This document shows positions 1 to 9,596 of a stretch of DNA of 64,000 nucleotides, piece after piece. A program made the translations under genes and the position numbers. Every line of letters begins with the position of its first letter. Position 1 is the first letter of the stretch. The notes under the pieces were generated by a model that did no database searches, had not been told where the DNA came from, and saw only the letters and a program-made list of their open reading frames with translations. The stretch spans positions 512,001 to 576,000 of the forward strand of contig CAXXTB010000002.1 in NCBI GenBank assembly GCA_963676795.2, written 5' to 3'. Origin of the DNA: Geopsychrobacteraceae bacterium. GTDB taxonomy: Bacteria > Desulfobacterota > Desulfuromonadia > Desulfuromonadales > Geopsychrobacteraceae.

Positions 1-1184
1 TTGATGACATGAAAATAATAGAGCAGGCAGCGGTCGATGAGAATATAGGCGAGCTGGATATTGTTGGCCGGGCCGACCTGCAGTTGCTCCCCGCCGAGCT
101 TTCTGCCGAACAGCTGGAGCTTGTCGATCCAGCCTTTGCCTTTGAGGATGGTTCCCGCCGCGCCGATAACACCGCCAAGTGCCGCGCCGATACCGAATGA
201 GGTGCCGCCGACCACGGCATCGATGCCGCCGCCGATAACCGCCCCGCCGAGGGTTCCGGCTGCGATCAGCTGCTTGTCACTTAAGCCGAGGAACTCCCAG
301 GTCTTCTTGCTGAACAGATCCTCCCTGAGCACCGATTGCAGGGGCAGTTGAACGTCGAAGATATTGTGTTTAAACAGAGCACGAATCGCATCTTGCGCCT
401 GGCGCTCCTGTTTGGTGAGCCCAGTCTGATAGCGTTCAAGCAGTTTGGCGTAGAGCGCTTCTTCGTTATGCTGGAGCGTGGCCGTTTCCTTGTGCCGAAC
501 CGCATTACAGATCAGATCGCTGATGATCGCAGCCGTACGTTGGCTGCGCTGCTGCCAGTCCAGTTCGAAGGCCCTGATCACCTGGCGCAGGACCGGTTCG
601 AGCTGCTGATCGATACTCTTGAGGCTCTCCAGCAGCTCGATCCGCTCGGCGTAGGTGGCCCGGCAGGAGTTGAAGATGCGGATGGAGTTGAAGTGCTTGC
701 GAAAGGCAACCTGCCAGTCGTCGATAAAGCCAGTACCGTCCTCCTTGTTGTTGATGACGGCCATGCGTGGCGCTCCGGTCAGGCGCAGGATCTCCATCTC
801 GGCGCGGTCGACATGGCGTACCGGGCGTGAGCCGTCAACGACGAAGATGATTCCGGCCCCTTCGGCAACCGGGGTAAGCAGTTCGCAGTCATCGCGGAAT
901 TCGTCCAGTAGTCGGTGGCTGGCGAGAAAGGCGTTAAACAGCTCGTTTTCCGGCCCCTGATAGTTCTGCAGCCATTCCAGGGTTTTGCGCGGGTTCTGAA
1001 AGCCGGGGGTGTCGACGAAGCGGATCACCTCGTGGCCGTCGATCCGCACCGGAAAGGGTTGGCTGCGGGTGGTTTCTCCTGGAACAGGGCTGATTCTGAC
1101 GCTGTCGTCTTCCGCCAGGGTCGAGAGGACCGATGATTTCCCTTCGTTCGGGTGACCGATGATGGCGAAAACCGGTAAACTCAT
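1..1184 (-). CDS. P-loop GTPase / DUF3482-family protein (partial, runs off the left edge)
   Basis: Absent from the ORF track (edge ORF). The minus strand from ATG 1184 reads MSLPVFAIIGHPNEGKSSVLSTLAEDDS (G1), then FIDTPGFQ (G3), and a Gly-rich hydrophobic stretch near the edge. The start overlaps the upstream gene's stop (ATGA). Confidence 0.85.
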   Translation of the reverse strand, partial: MSLPVFAIIGHPNEGKSSVLSTLAEDDSVRISPVPGETTRSQPFPVRIDGHEVIRFVDTPGFQNPRKTLEWLQNYQGPENELFNAFLASHRLLDEFRDDCELLTPVAEGAGIIFVVDGSRPVRHVDRAEMEILRLTGAPRMAVINNKEDGTGFIDDWQVAFRKHFNSIRIFNSCRATYAERIELLESLKSIDQQLEPVLRQVIRAFELDWQQRSQRTAAIISDLICNAVRHKETATLQHNEEALYAKLLERYQTGLTKQERQAQDAIRALFKHNIFDVQLPLQSVLREDLFSKKTWEFLGLSDKQLIAAGTLGGAVIGGGIDAVVGGTSFGIGAALGGVIGAAGTILKGKGWIDKLQLFGRKLGGEQLQVGPANNIQLAYILIDRCLLYYFHVI

Positions 1185-2797
1185 CGGTTTTCAACCAGCG
1201 GGTAGAGCGAAAGGTAGGGATCGCCCAGAGTCTGCAGGCTTTTGCGCCAGAGATTCAAGTCCTGGGCTTTGACTCCGGTCAGGATCGAATCGCTATCCGG
1301 TTTGCCGATCAGCACCACGGAGATCGGGTACTGTCTCGGCAGCTCGTGACGTAATCTTCTGAACAGGTCGAGCAGCTCCCTGATCGGTGGCTGCCAGGCC
1401 TCCTGCAGGAGCAGAATTCCTGCCGCGGAATTTTCATGCAGGGTGCTGGCGATCTGGGTATAGAGCTCTTCCTCCGACTGATCGAGGGCACCGATCCGTA
1501 AACTGTGATAGGGGCCGCTTCCTTCGTGGGGCTCAAGGCAGTCGGTCAGCCTGGTCATATTGATACTGGCCCAGAGTTCATCGGGAACCAGCAGCAGGCG
1601 TGCCCCTGAGACGCAAGGGGCGGCTTGTGCCCCTGGCGGGCCATCTTGCAATATTGATGAGGTGATATTACTTGCCTGGGCTTGAAGCCCCGTTTCGAGA
1701 ATCGGATTAAGCATGCGCTGCTGTAGCTGTCTGAAACGGGCGCTGTCAAAACGTAACGACTTCAGTTTGCGCCTGAGCTGATAGCTGCCGAACAGAAACA
1801 GCAGCAGGCGCGGCAGCAGGCCATAGGTAAAAACCGCAAGGGTCAGAAACGGCCACCAGGCGACCAGGTTGCCGGTGGTCAGGTGGTAGATCCCTTCCTT
1901 GAGGATAATCCGGCTCCCCTCGATCTGCTCTGCAGTCGGGTAGGCGACAGCGGCCGGGACAAACCAGGACCAGGGCAGGGCGATCCAGCGTACGGCCGTG
2001 GCCAGCAGTTGCGGGTCGATCTGCAGGGTCGACTGCCAGCCGAAGGCCACATCCGCCAGGCTGACCTTGAAGAGGGTCGCAGCGAGGGTGCCGATATTGA
2101 AGCCGCAGCCGAACAGCTGAAGAAGGATGAACGCCGGCCAGAAGTAGAGGCTGCCGTATTCCTGGCGATTCTGACGGATGCGACCGATGGCGGCCTGAAA
2201 ACGCAGCCTGGTTTCTGCGTCGGAGATTTTCTGGCTGCGCCGTTGCAGATTGATGAACAGCTTTTTCAGCAGGCCGGCGGACAACTGGCAGAGCAGGGAT
2301 GATTTCAGCCAGCTGCGACTGATGCTGCGTAGGCTCAACATGACCAGCAGCAGAATCAGCAGCAGAATCTGTACGGCGATAAGGACGGCGAAATAGCCGG
2401 AGACGTTGACCGCCGTTTCACCGCTGTAGCGCAGCAGGGAGGAGGCGGCCAGGGTTCCGCAGAGGATGCCGACGATCAGGGTCAGCCAGCGTAGCAGAAC
2501 GGAGGCCTCGCGCCAGATCTTTCCCGGCAGTGGACCGCAGGGAGGTGTGCTATGCTGCTGCATGCGGCGCGCCGCCAGCCAGCGTCGGACCAGCCCCCGT
2601 GAGTCACCGATGGCATCGAATTCCTGGCGCCGGGCAAAATAGATGGTCCGATCCTGCTGCCTGAGCGCTTTCTCCCCCTCTTGCTCGCGCAGTTCTTCGT
2701 CTTTGATGAAGAAATATTCGAGATCGACAATATCGGCGAAGGTCCAGCTCAGCCTGAGCGGCTTGAGGCGGGTGCTCTGTGTGATTCTGGTCGGCAA
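1181..2797 (-). CDS. DUF2868-family membrane protein
   Basis: 538-aa ORF with several TM segments and FGWQSTL / YGLLPRL motifs; coupled to the GTPase gene, as is usual for this pair. Confidence 0.8.
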   Translation of the reverse strand: MPTRITQSTRLKPLRLSWTFADIVDLEYFFIKDEELREQEGEKALRQQDRTIYFARRQEFDAIGDSRGLVRRWLAARRMQQHSTPPCGPLPGKIWREASVLLRWLTLIVGILCGTLAASSLLRYSGETAVNVSGYFAVLIAVQILLLILLLVMLSLRSISRSWLKSSLLCQLSAGLLKKLFINLQRRSQKISDAETRLRFQAAIGRIRQNRQEYGSLYFWPAFILLQLFGCGFNIGTLAATLFKVSLADVAFGWQSTLQIDPQLLATAVRWIALPWSWFVPAAVAYPTAEQIEGSRIILKEGIYHLTTGNLVAWWPFLTLAVFTYGLLPRLLLFLFGSYQLRRKLKSLRFDSARFRQLQQRMLNPILETGLQAQASNITSSILQDGPPGAQAAPCVSGARLLLVPDELWASINMTRLTDCLEPHEGSGPYHSLRIGALDQSEEELYTQIASTLHENSAAGILLLQEAWQPPIRELLDLFRRLRHELPRQYPISVVLIGKPDSDSILTGVKAQDLNLWRKSLQTLGDPYLSLYPLVENR

Positions 2798-2890
2798 CAG
2801 GGTCTCTCCAGTCTGGGTTGATCATTGCAGGGCGGAGCATTAAAATAGCAGACTTGTGGAACGGGGAGTAGCAGAATTGCTTCAGTCATA

Positions 2891-3198
2891 ATTCGGTTCT
2901 GCCTGGTAGATGGGCATCGCCCATCGTTGGGCGCCTTCCGTCTGGCGGGACGAGACCCGCCGGTTCTGCTTTTGATTTTCAGGATTATAAAGATCAAAAT
3001 CTCGGGGTCGCGCCCCCGCACGGCGCCTTACTTTTTTTCTGGCTGAAAAAAGTAAGCAAAAACAGCCTTTTAAATCTGACGAAAATTGGCAAAGTTTTCT
3101 TCGTATTTTCAGGCCAGCAACTGACAATGCGCCCCACGATGAGCAAATCATCATCTAATGGGCAGAACCGGAAAAACTCCGCAGGGCGGAGTTTTGAT
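2891..3198. repeat. Modular palindromic intergenic element, copy 1 (MITE/REPIN-like), with ~41-bp imperfect terminal inverted repeats
   Basis: 2894-2934 is an imperfect reverse complement of 3129-3170. Internal blocks match 29081-29490 (reverse), 44220-44531 and 57260-57695. Confidence 0.85.
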
Positions 3199-3246
3199 TG
3201 AAGGCGATTGGAACAACCTTATAGGTGGTAATATGGGGGTGCTGCT

Positions 3247-4005
3247 ATGAACGACAATGATCTTCTCAACCATCATCTGATCAGCGGGCGCTGTTTCTTT
3301 CCCCTGCTGGGCGAGATTGAGCATCCATTCTGGGTCGATTGTGGCGATGTCCAGCTGGCCTGCAGTTACCATGAGGTTGATCCGGCGGCCAAGACGCTGA
3401 TCCATTTTCATGGCAACGGTGAGATCGTCGATGACTGGGTCGATAATTTTGCCGCCATGATCAATACGGCTGGCTGGAACTGCCTGCTTGCCGAGTATCG
3501 CTGCTACGGGCGGTCGACCGGTCGGGCTCAGCTGGGACGGATTCTCGAGGATGTCGGTCCGATCGTCCGTTCGCTCAAGAGGCAGGAGCAGAGCCTGGTC
3601 TTTTTCGGGCGCAGTATCGGGTCGATCTTTGCCCTTGAGGCGGCCCGGCTCTTTCCGCAGGCTGCCGGGGTGATCCTTGAAAGTGCCATTGCCGACGTCC
3701 TTGAGCGTCTGCTGCTGCGCACCCGCCCAGACGAGTTGGGGGTAAGCCGGGAAGAGTTCGAATCGGTCGTCGGCCGGCATCTCAATCAGCGCCGCAAGCT
3801 GGAAGCGTTTCAGGGGGCATTACTGGTTCTCCACACGCTGAACGATGGGCTGATCGATGTTAGCCACGCTCAGCGCCTTTATGACTGGGGAAAAGCTAAG
3901 AAGGAACTGAAGATCTTCGAACGCGGGAATCACAACACGATCTCCGCAGCCAACGCCGAGCAATATTATTTTTTGGTCAGGCGCTTTCTTGAAGGTTTGT
4001 CTTGA
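3247..4005 (+). CDS. Alpha/beta hydrolase
   Basis: HFHGNGE, GRSIG nucleophile elbow, Asp and GNHN His. Confidence 0.85.
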   Translation: MNDNDLLNHHLISGRCFFPLLGEIEHPFWVDCGDVQLACSYHEVDPAAKTLIHFHGNGEIVDDWVDNFAAMINTAGWNCLLAEYRCYGRSTGRAQLGRILEDVGPIVRSLKRQEQSLVFFGRSIGSIFALEAARLFPQAAGVILESAIADVLERLLLRTRPDELGVSREEFESVVGRHLNQRRKLEAFQGALLVLHTLNDGLIDVSHAQRLYDWGKAKKELKIFERGNHNTISAANAEQYYFLVRRFLEGLS

Positions 4006-4239
4006 ATGATGATACGTCCCGATTTTCTGCTGTTTTCAGGGTAAGGTCGGACAAAATAATGTAAATTAGTCGTTGCCATGACCTGCCGGTTACGGCTATG
4101 ATTCGTCGCCTTTTATGGTTTTAAGTCGTTTTGAAACAACAGCTTGTGCGGATTCGTTCTGCCTGGCTTTTTTCTGCGCCTGATCTGATCAGGTTTTTTT
4201 TTGCCCTTGCTTTATAAGCATTGTAAACAGGAGAATTTC

Positions 4240-5505
4240 ATGGATATTCTGGCACTGAACTGTGGTAGTTCATCGGTCAAGTACCAGCTGTACAGCTGGG
4301 AGAAAAAAGAAATCATTGCCAAGGGAATGGTTGAGCGCGTCGGTATCGGCGAGTCTTACATCGTTCACGAAGTTCCGGGTCGTGAGACCTACAACGAAGA
4401 ATATGCCTGCCCGGACCACACCATCGCCGTGCAACTGGTCATCAAAACCCTGACCAGTGCCGACCAGGGCGTTGTCAAGGATATGTCCAGCATCTCCGCC
4501 GTTGGACACCGCGTTGTTCACGGTGGTGAGAAGTTCACCAAATCGATCCTGATCGACGACGAAGTTATCGCCGGTATCAAGGAAGTTTCCGTTCTGGCCC
4601 CACTGCACAACCCGGCCAATATCGATGGTATCGTCGCTGCCAAGACCGTTCTGCCGGACGTTCCGCACATCGCCATCTTCGACACCGCCTTCCATCAGAC
4701 CATGCCGGAGTACTCCTACACCTACCCGGTTCCTTACCAGTGGTACGAGAAGTACGGCGTCCGTCGTTATGGTTTCCACGGCACCAGCCACCTGTACGTC
4801 TCCAAGCGTGCTGCCGCGATCCTCGGCAAAGAGCCCAAGGACACCAACCTGGTCACCCTGCATATCGGCAACGGTGCCTCCCACTGTGCCATCAAAGGTG
4901 GCGTCAGCATCGACACCTCGATGGGTCTGACTCCGCTTGAAGGTGCTGTCATGGGCACCCGTTGTGGCGATATCGACGCCGCTATTCCGGCCTTCATCCA
5001 GCAGCAGGAAGGTTTGAGCGCCGCCGAGATCGACAGTATCCTCAACAAGAAATCCGGTATCTATGGCATCACCGGCAAGTACACCGACCGTCGTGACGTC
5101 GGTGACGGCATCAAGGCCGGCGACAAGAAATGCCAGCTCGCTTTTGATGTTGAAGCTTACCGCATCAAGAAATACATCGGTGCTTACTACGCCGCTGTCG
5201 GCAAGCCGGACATGATCGTCTTCACCGCCGGCGTTGGCGAGATGAGCTGTGAGACCCGTCAGGCAGCCCTCGAAGGTCTTGAAGGCCTGGGCATCATCGT
5301 CGATACCGAAGTCAACATGAAGACCCGGACCCGTAGCCGCGAAGTCCTGATCACCAAGCCTGAGTCGGCGATTCCGGTCTACGTCATCCCGACCGACGAA
5401 GAGCTGGTCTTTATTGAAGACGTTGTCGGCATTCTGGAAGGGACCTATACCGATCACCTGAACTATAAATACACCTTCGCTGACGCCAGCTTCGTCAGAA
5501 AGTAA
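4240..5505 (+). CDS. ackA: Acetate kinase
   Basis: NCGSSS, GHRVVHGG, FDTAFH, YGFHGTSH, HIGNG, MGTRCGD, TAGVGE, PTDEE; RBS AGGAG before ATG 4240. Confidence 0.97.
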   Translation: MDILALNCGSSSVKYQLYSWEKKEIIAKGMVERVGIGESYIVHEVPGRETYNEEYACPDHTIAVQLVIKTLTSADQGVVKDMSSISAVGHRVVHGGEKFTKSILIDDEVIAGIKEVSVLAPLHNPANIDGIVAAKTVLPDVPHIAIFDTAFHQTMPEYSYTYPVPYQWYEKYGVRRYGFHGTSHLYVSKRAAAILGKEPKDTNLVTLHIGNGASHCAIKGGVSIDTSMGLTPLEGAVMGTRCGDIDAAIPAFIQQQEGLSAAEIDSILNKKSGIYGITGKYTDRRDVGDGIKAGDKKCQLAFDVEAYRIKKYIGAYYAAVGKPDMIVFTAGVGEMSCETRQAALEGLEGLGIIVDTEVNMKTRTRSREVLITKPESAIPVYVIPTDEELVFIEDVVGILEGTYTDHLNYKYTFADASFVRK

Positions 5506-5525
5506 GGTTGGTTTCAGGTTATTTC

Positions 5526-5555
5526 AAAGGCCGTCGCACTGCGACGGCCTTTTTT
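5526..5555 (+). terminator. Rho-independent terminator after ackA
   Basis: AAAGGCCGTCGC-ACT-GCGACGGCCTTTTTT. Confidence 0.85.
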
Positions 5556-5738
5556 ATTTGCTACAATAGTTAAAATTGTTCCGTAAATTGTCATAATTTG
5601 GAAAAAATGGCATTAAAACGCTGTTTCTGAATGGATCTTTCTGTTAAGCTATATTCAATTATTCTCATGTTTGACTGTCGGAATACAACCTTGTTGAGCG
5701 ATTGATAAGGACAACGACACAGTATAAAGGGGATCTTT

Positions 5739-7004
5739 ATGGACATTCTGACTCTGAACTGCGGTAATTCGACCATCAAGTATGAGCTTTATAACTGGGA
5801 CAGCAAAAAGGTTATCGCCAAGGGGATCGTCGAACGGGTCGGTATCGGAGATTCTTATATCATTCATGACGTCTCCGGCCGGAATGTCTATCACGAAAGC
5901 TACGAATGCCCCGATTTTCACGCGGCGGTACGGCGGATTGTCAAGCTGCTGACCAATGTCGATTATGACGGGGTGACCGCGCTGGAGAATATCGCTGCCG
6001 TTGGACACCGTATCGTCCATGGTGGCGAGAAGTTCACCGGTTCAGTGCTGATCGATGATGGCGTGATCGAGAGCATCAAGGCGGTCAAGCATCTTGCTCC
6101 GATGCACAGCGCCGGCAATATCGCCGGACTGGAAGCTGCCAGGGAGATCCTGCCCGATATTCCGCAGGTCGCCATCTTTGATACGGCTTTCCATCAGACC
6201 ATGCCGGATTACGCCTACATCTACGCGCTACCTTACGAGTGGTACGAAAAGTACGGTGTGCGCCGCTACGGTTTCCATGGCACCAGTCATCTCTATGTCT
6301 CCAAGCGCGCTGCGGCACTGCTCGGCAAGCCGGCCAAAGACTGCAACCTGATCACTATGCATATCAGTAATGCCGGTGTTTCGATCTGTGCCATCAAGAA
6401 TGGCGTGAGCGTCGATACCTCGATGGGGCTGACCCCGCTCGAAGGGGCGGTCATGGGCACCCGTTGTGGCGATATCGATCCGTCGATTCCGGCCTTCATT
6501 GAGCGGATTGAAAATTTAGGTTGTGACGGAATCAACACCGCACTGACCAAGAAGTCTGGCGTCTTCGGCATTACCGGTAAATACACAGACCGTCGCGATA
6601 TCCTCGAAGGGATCAAGGCGGGCAACGAGCGTTGCAAGCTGGCCTTTGATGTCGAAGCCTACCGCCTGAAAAAATACATCGGCTCCTACTTCGCCGTTGT
6701 CGGCAGGCCTGATGCCATCGTCTTCTCCGCCGCCGTCGGCGAGATCAACTGCGAACTGCGTGAGGCCGCACTCGATGGCCTGGAGAGCATGGGGATTCTG
6801 CTCGACCGGGAGATCAACTGCCGCAGTCGCAGCCACGGCGAGGAGCTGCTGATCAGCAAAGTCGATTCACCGGTCAAGGTTTATATCATCCCGACCGACG
6901 AAGAGCAGGTCTTCATCGAAGATGTCGTCGGCATTCTCGAAGGGACCTATACCGATCATCTGCATAACAGGTATTCTTTTTCATCACCGGATTACAAAAA
7001 GTAG
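5739..7004 (+). CDS. ackA: Acetate kinase paralog with divergent nucleotide-binding loops
   Basis: Collinear with the upstream ackA, but has NCGNST, MHSAGN, HISNAG and SAAVGE in place of the canonical motifs. Confidence 0.9.
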   Translation: MDILTLNCGNSTIKYELYNWDSKKVIAKGIVERVGIGDSYIIHDVSGRNVYHESYECPDFHAAVRRIVKLLTNVDYDGVTALENIAAVGHRIVHGGEKFTGSVLIDDGVIESIKAVKHLAPMHSAGNIAGLEAAREILPDIPQVAIFDTAFHQTMPDYAYIYALPYEWYEKYGVRRYGFHGTSHLYVSKRAAALLGKPAKDCNLITMHISNAGVSICAIKNGVSVDTSMGLTPLEGAVMGTRCGDIDPSIPAFIERIENLGCDGINTALTKKSGVFGITGKYTDRRDILEGIKAGNERCKLAFDVEAYRLKKYIGSYFAVVGRPDAIVFSAAVGEINCELREAALDGLESMGILLDREINCRSRSHGEELLISKVDSPVKVYIIPTDEEQVFIEDVVGILEGTYTDHLHNRYSFSSPDYKK

Positions 7005-7024
7005 AATTCAACAATTTAATAGCA

Positions 7025-7064
7025 ACGCAAGAAGGCCACCGGATTCCCGGTGGCCTTCTTGCGT
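7025..7064. terminator. Long hairpin between convergent genes (probable terminator)
   Basis: ACGCAAGAAGGCCACCGG-ATTC-CCGGTGGCCTTCTTGCGT. Confidence 0.75.
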
Positions 7065-7087
7065 CAGGGGGACTGAGTGGATTGAGC

Positions 7088-7600
7088 TCAACCTGATAAT
7101 TTTCGGCTGCCAAGCAGTATCAGCGGCGTGAGCAGGGCCCAGATAACAGCCAGCACAATAATGGCTGTGGCGAAAGACCAGTTCAGCGTTGCGGCTCCGA
7201 GCTTGGCTCCACTGATATAGGCCATCGGGCCGCTGACAGCACCGCAGAGAGCGGCAAGGGGCAGACGCTTGTGGAGCCAGCGCAGGCTGTGGTTGGGCAG
7301 AATCCCGAGGGCGACCCAGATCATGGCGAGCCAGAAGGGGATCGGTGTGCCATCCTCAGCGAAGCTAAAGAGCCCGGCCATCTTCAGCAGGCCATCGACG
7401 ATGATGCCGGTGACGACCAGGCCGCCGATCATGATCAAGTCCGCTTTTCTGTAGGGGCTGATCAGCAGAAAGGCAATCACCAGCAGCGGAGCGATCCAGG
7501 CCAGAGAATTACCCCCGAGGACACAGAGAAACCAACTCCCCTGGTAGACGATCAGGTTGAGCAGGATCAGCAGCCTTGGAGATAATCGGTCCGTATTCAT
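7088..7600 (-). CDS. DUF2878-family membrane protein
   Basis: Hydrophobic 170-aa ORF with NHSLRWL and GPMAYISG motifs; last gene of the cfa-type operon. Confidence 0.8.
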   Translation of the reverse strand: MNTDRLSPRLLILLNLIVYQGSWFLCVLGGNSLAWIAPLLVIAFLLISPYRKADLIMIGGLVVTGIIVDGLLKMAGLFSFAEDGTPIPFWLAMIWVALGILPNHSLRWLHKRLPLAALCGAVSGPMAYISGAKLGAATLNWSFATAIIVLAVIWALLTPLILLGSRKLSG

Positions 7601-8859
7601 GACCTGAGCATCTCACAACGATTCTCTTGCCCTGTCGCCGTAATCTGGACGACGCTGATCGTACGTTCCAGAAAGCCTCCCTCGCAGTAGCTGAAATAGA
7701 AGTCCCACAAGCGCCGGAAACGTTCATCATAGCCGAGGCGGGCCAATTCTTCGCTATTAGCCTTGAAACGTTCACGCCAATCGCTGAGCGTTCTGGCGTA
7801 ATCGAAACCGAAATCCTCCAGGCTGCGCAGGGTCATGTCGGTCTGGCTGGTCAGCAGATCGAGCAGGGTCTGATTGGAGAGCAGGCAGCCGCCCGGAAAG
7901 ATATGGCGCTGGATGAAGTCGACACCGCGCAGGTAACGTTTGTAATCCTGGTCGATAAAGGTGATTGCCTGAATAAGCAGCATGCCGTCCGGCTTGAGCA
8001 GTTTCTGGCATTGCCTGAAGAAGTCGGGCAGGTAACGGTAGCCGACCGCTTCGATCATTTCGATACTGACAAGCTTGTCAAACTGTCCCTGCAGATCGCG
8101 ATAGTCCTGTTTGAGCAGGGTGATCCGCTCGCCAAGGCCTGCCTGCTCTATCCTTTTCTGTGCTTCTTCATACTGGGCGTCCGAGATGGTGGTGGTCGTC
8201 ACCCGGCAGCCGTAGTGGCTGGCTGCGTGGATGGCAAAGCCGCCCCAGCCGCTGCCGATTTCAATGACATGGTCCGCAGGACCGAGCTGGAGCTTGCGGC
8301 AGATATGATCGAGTTTATAGAGCGACGCTTCCTCCAGGGTTGCTTCTGCGCTTGGATAGATCGCCGATGAATACATCATGGTCGGATCAAGAAATGTCTG
8401 GTACATGGCGTTGCCCAGATCGTAATGGGCGAGAATGTTTTTTTTCGAGCCGCTGCGGCTGTTGCTCCTGAGCAGGTGGCGAATCTTTTGTACTGGTGCG
8501 GTGAAAAGCGCCAGGCGCTTTTCCAGCTGGCGCAGCAGCTGCTGGTTCCGGGCCATGATGCGGATCAGGTTGGTCAGGTTGTCAGTTTGCCAGTCGCCGT
8601 CGATGAAGGATTCCGCGGCGCCGATGGTGCCGCCGAACAGAGAACGTGAATAAAATGCCGGATTGTGCACGGTAATTTCGGCTGCAAGCCCATGTTCGTC
8701 GTTACCAAAGGTCAACCTGCTGTCCGCTTCGCTGAAGGTCAGCTGCCCCTGCTTCAGTTCTGCCAATAATCTGAACAGAAGTTTACGGGCAAACTGGGAA
8801 CGGAAGTTTTCTGATGCCCGGGACTGGCTGACAGCGGTTGAATAGTTGACTTCGGTCAT
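7597..8859 (-). CDS. cfa: Cyclopropane-fatty-acyl-phospholipid synthase family SAM methyltransferase
   Basis: HYDLGN, MMYSSA, EIGSGWG, SIEMIEAVG, IFPGG. Confidence 0.92.
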   Translation of the reverse strand: MTEVNYSTAVSQSRASENFRSQFARKLLFRLLAELKQGQLTFSEADSRLTFGNDEHGLAAEITVHNPAFYSRSLFGGTIGAAESFIDGDWQTDNLTNLIRIMARNQQLLRQLEKRLALFTAPVQKIRHLLRSNSRSGSKKNILAHYDLGNAMYQTFLDPTMMYSSAIYPSAEATLEEASLYKLDHICRKLQLGPADHVIEIGSGWGGFAIHAASHYGCRVTTTTISDAQYEEAQKRIEQAGLGERITLLKQDYRDLQGQFDKLVSIEMIEAVGYRYLPDFFRQCQKLLKPDGMLLIQAITFIDQDYKRYLRGVDFIQRHIFPGGCLLSNQTLLDLLTSQTDMTLRSLEDFGFDYARTLSDWRERFKANSEELARLGYDERFRRLWDFYFSYCEGGFLERTISVVQITATGQENRCEMLRS

Positions 8860-9596
8860 TTGTTCTCCTTCAGGTAGGGGACGTAGGGGACTTTTTTGAT
8901 AAACAGTTTAAGGGCCTGCCAGTAGATGCCAAAGGCAACCAATGCGGCCATGACCGGCCGCTTGAGAAGCTCGGGACGGACAACTTTTTTAGTCAGCGGG
9001 CGGTAATTCAGCTTGAGAATCGCATCGAAGATATGGCCGCGCCGGTCGTCAACGGCGATATGGATCTTGAGCTTTTCTCCCGGGGGCGTCAGGGTCCAGC
9101 TGTAGGTCTGGTCGTCCGGGTTGAAGGGGGAGACATGAAACTCCTTGGCATGCTCCCACGCCAGTGGATCATCGCTGAGACAGAAAGCGTAATGATGGCG
9201 TTCGTTCCAGGGGGTATTGGCGACCTCGGCGAGCATATGGGTGTAGTCCCCGCGCTGGTTGACGCCGAAATAGAAGTTGACCGGGCTGAAATAGAGCCCC
9301 AGGGTTCTCAGGTTCATCAGCCCATAGATAGCGCCTTCGACCTCTGTGTTTGTCAACTCGAAGATCCGTTGCCTGACGCTCTGTTCCAGGGACTGATCGG
9401 CGCTGCCGAGGTAGTCGCTGCGGCGCAAGCGGCTCAGGGCAAAATCTTTGAGCGAGAACCAGGGCTTCAGATCGGGGAGCTTGTCGAGCTGGCTGAGGTT
9501 GAGATACCACATGAAAAAGGGGTAACAGAACCGATGCTGGCGCGGCAGATGGCGGATATGCTCGATGCTGCCGACATAGAGCCCCGATCTCATCAT
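8856..9596 (-). CDS. DUF1365-family protein
   Basis: FSPVNFYF, EVANTPWNERH, KEFHVSPF, IYWQALKL. Confidence 0.88.
   Translation of the reverse strand: MMRSGLYVGSIEHIRHLPRQHRFCYPFFMWYLNLSQLDKLPDLKPWFSLKDFALSRLRRSDYLGSADQSLEQSVRQRIFELTNTEVEGAIYGLMNLRTLGLYFSPVNFYFGVNQRGDYTHMLAEVANTPWNERHHYAFCLSDDPLAWEHAKEFHVSPFNPDDQTYSWTLTPPGEKLKIHIAVDDRRGHIFDAILKLNYRPLTKKVVRPELLKRPVMAALVAFGIYWQALKLFIKKVPYVPYLKENK

Noticed and set aside
2749..3154. Short ORFs over the repeat copies (also 29164-29475, 44202-44414, 57365-57556) with shared peptides such as RRVSSRQT
   Set aside because: The similarity comes from the DNA repeat; frames, starts and stops are not conserved between copies.
4270..5457. Long antisense ORFs (also 38202-39626, 44573-45583, 51532-52704)
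   Set aside because: Shadows of well-supported genes in GC-rich, codon-biased DNA; no motifs.
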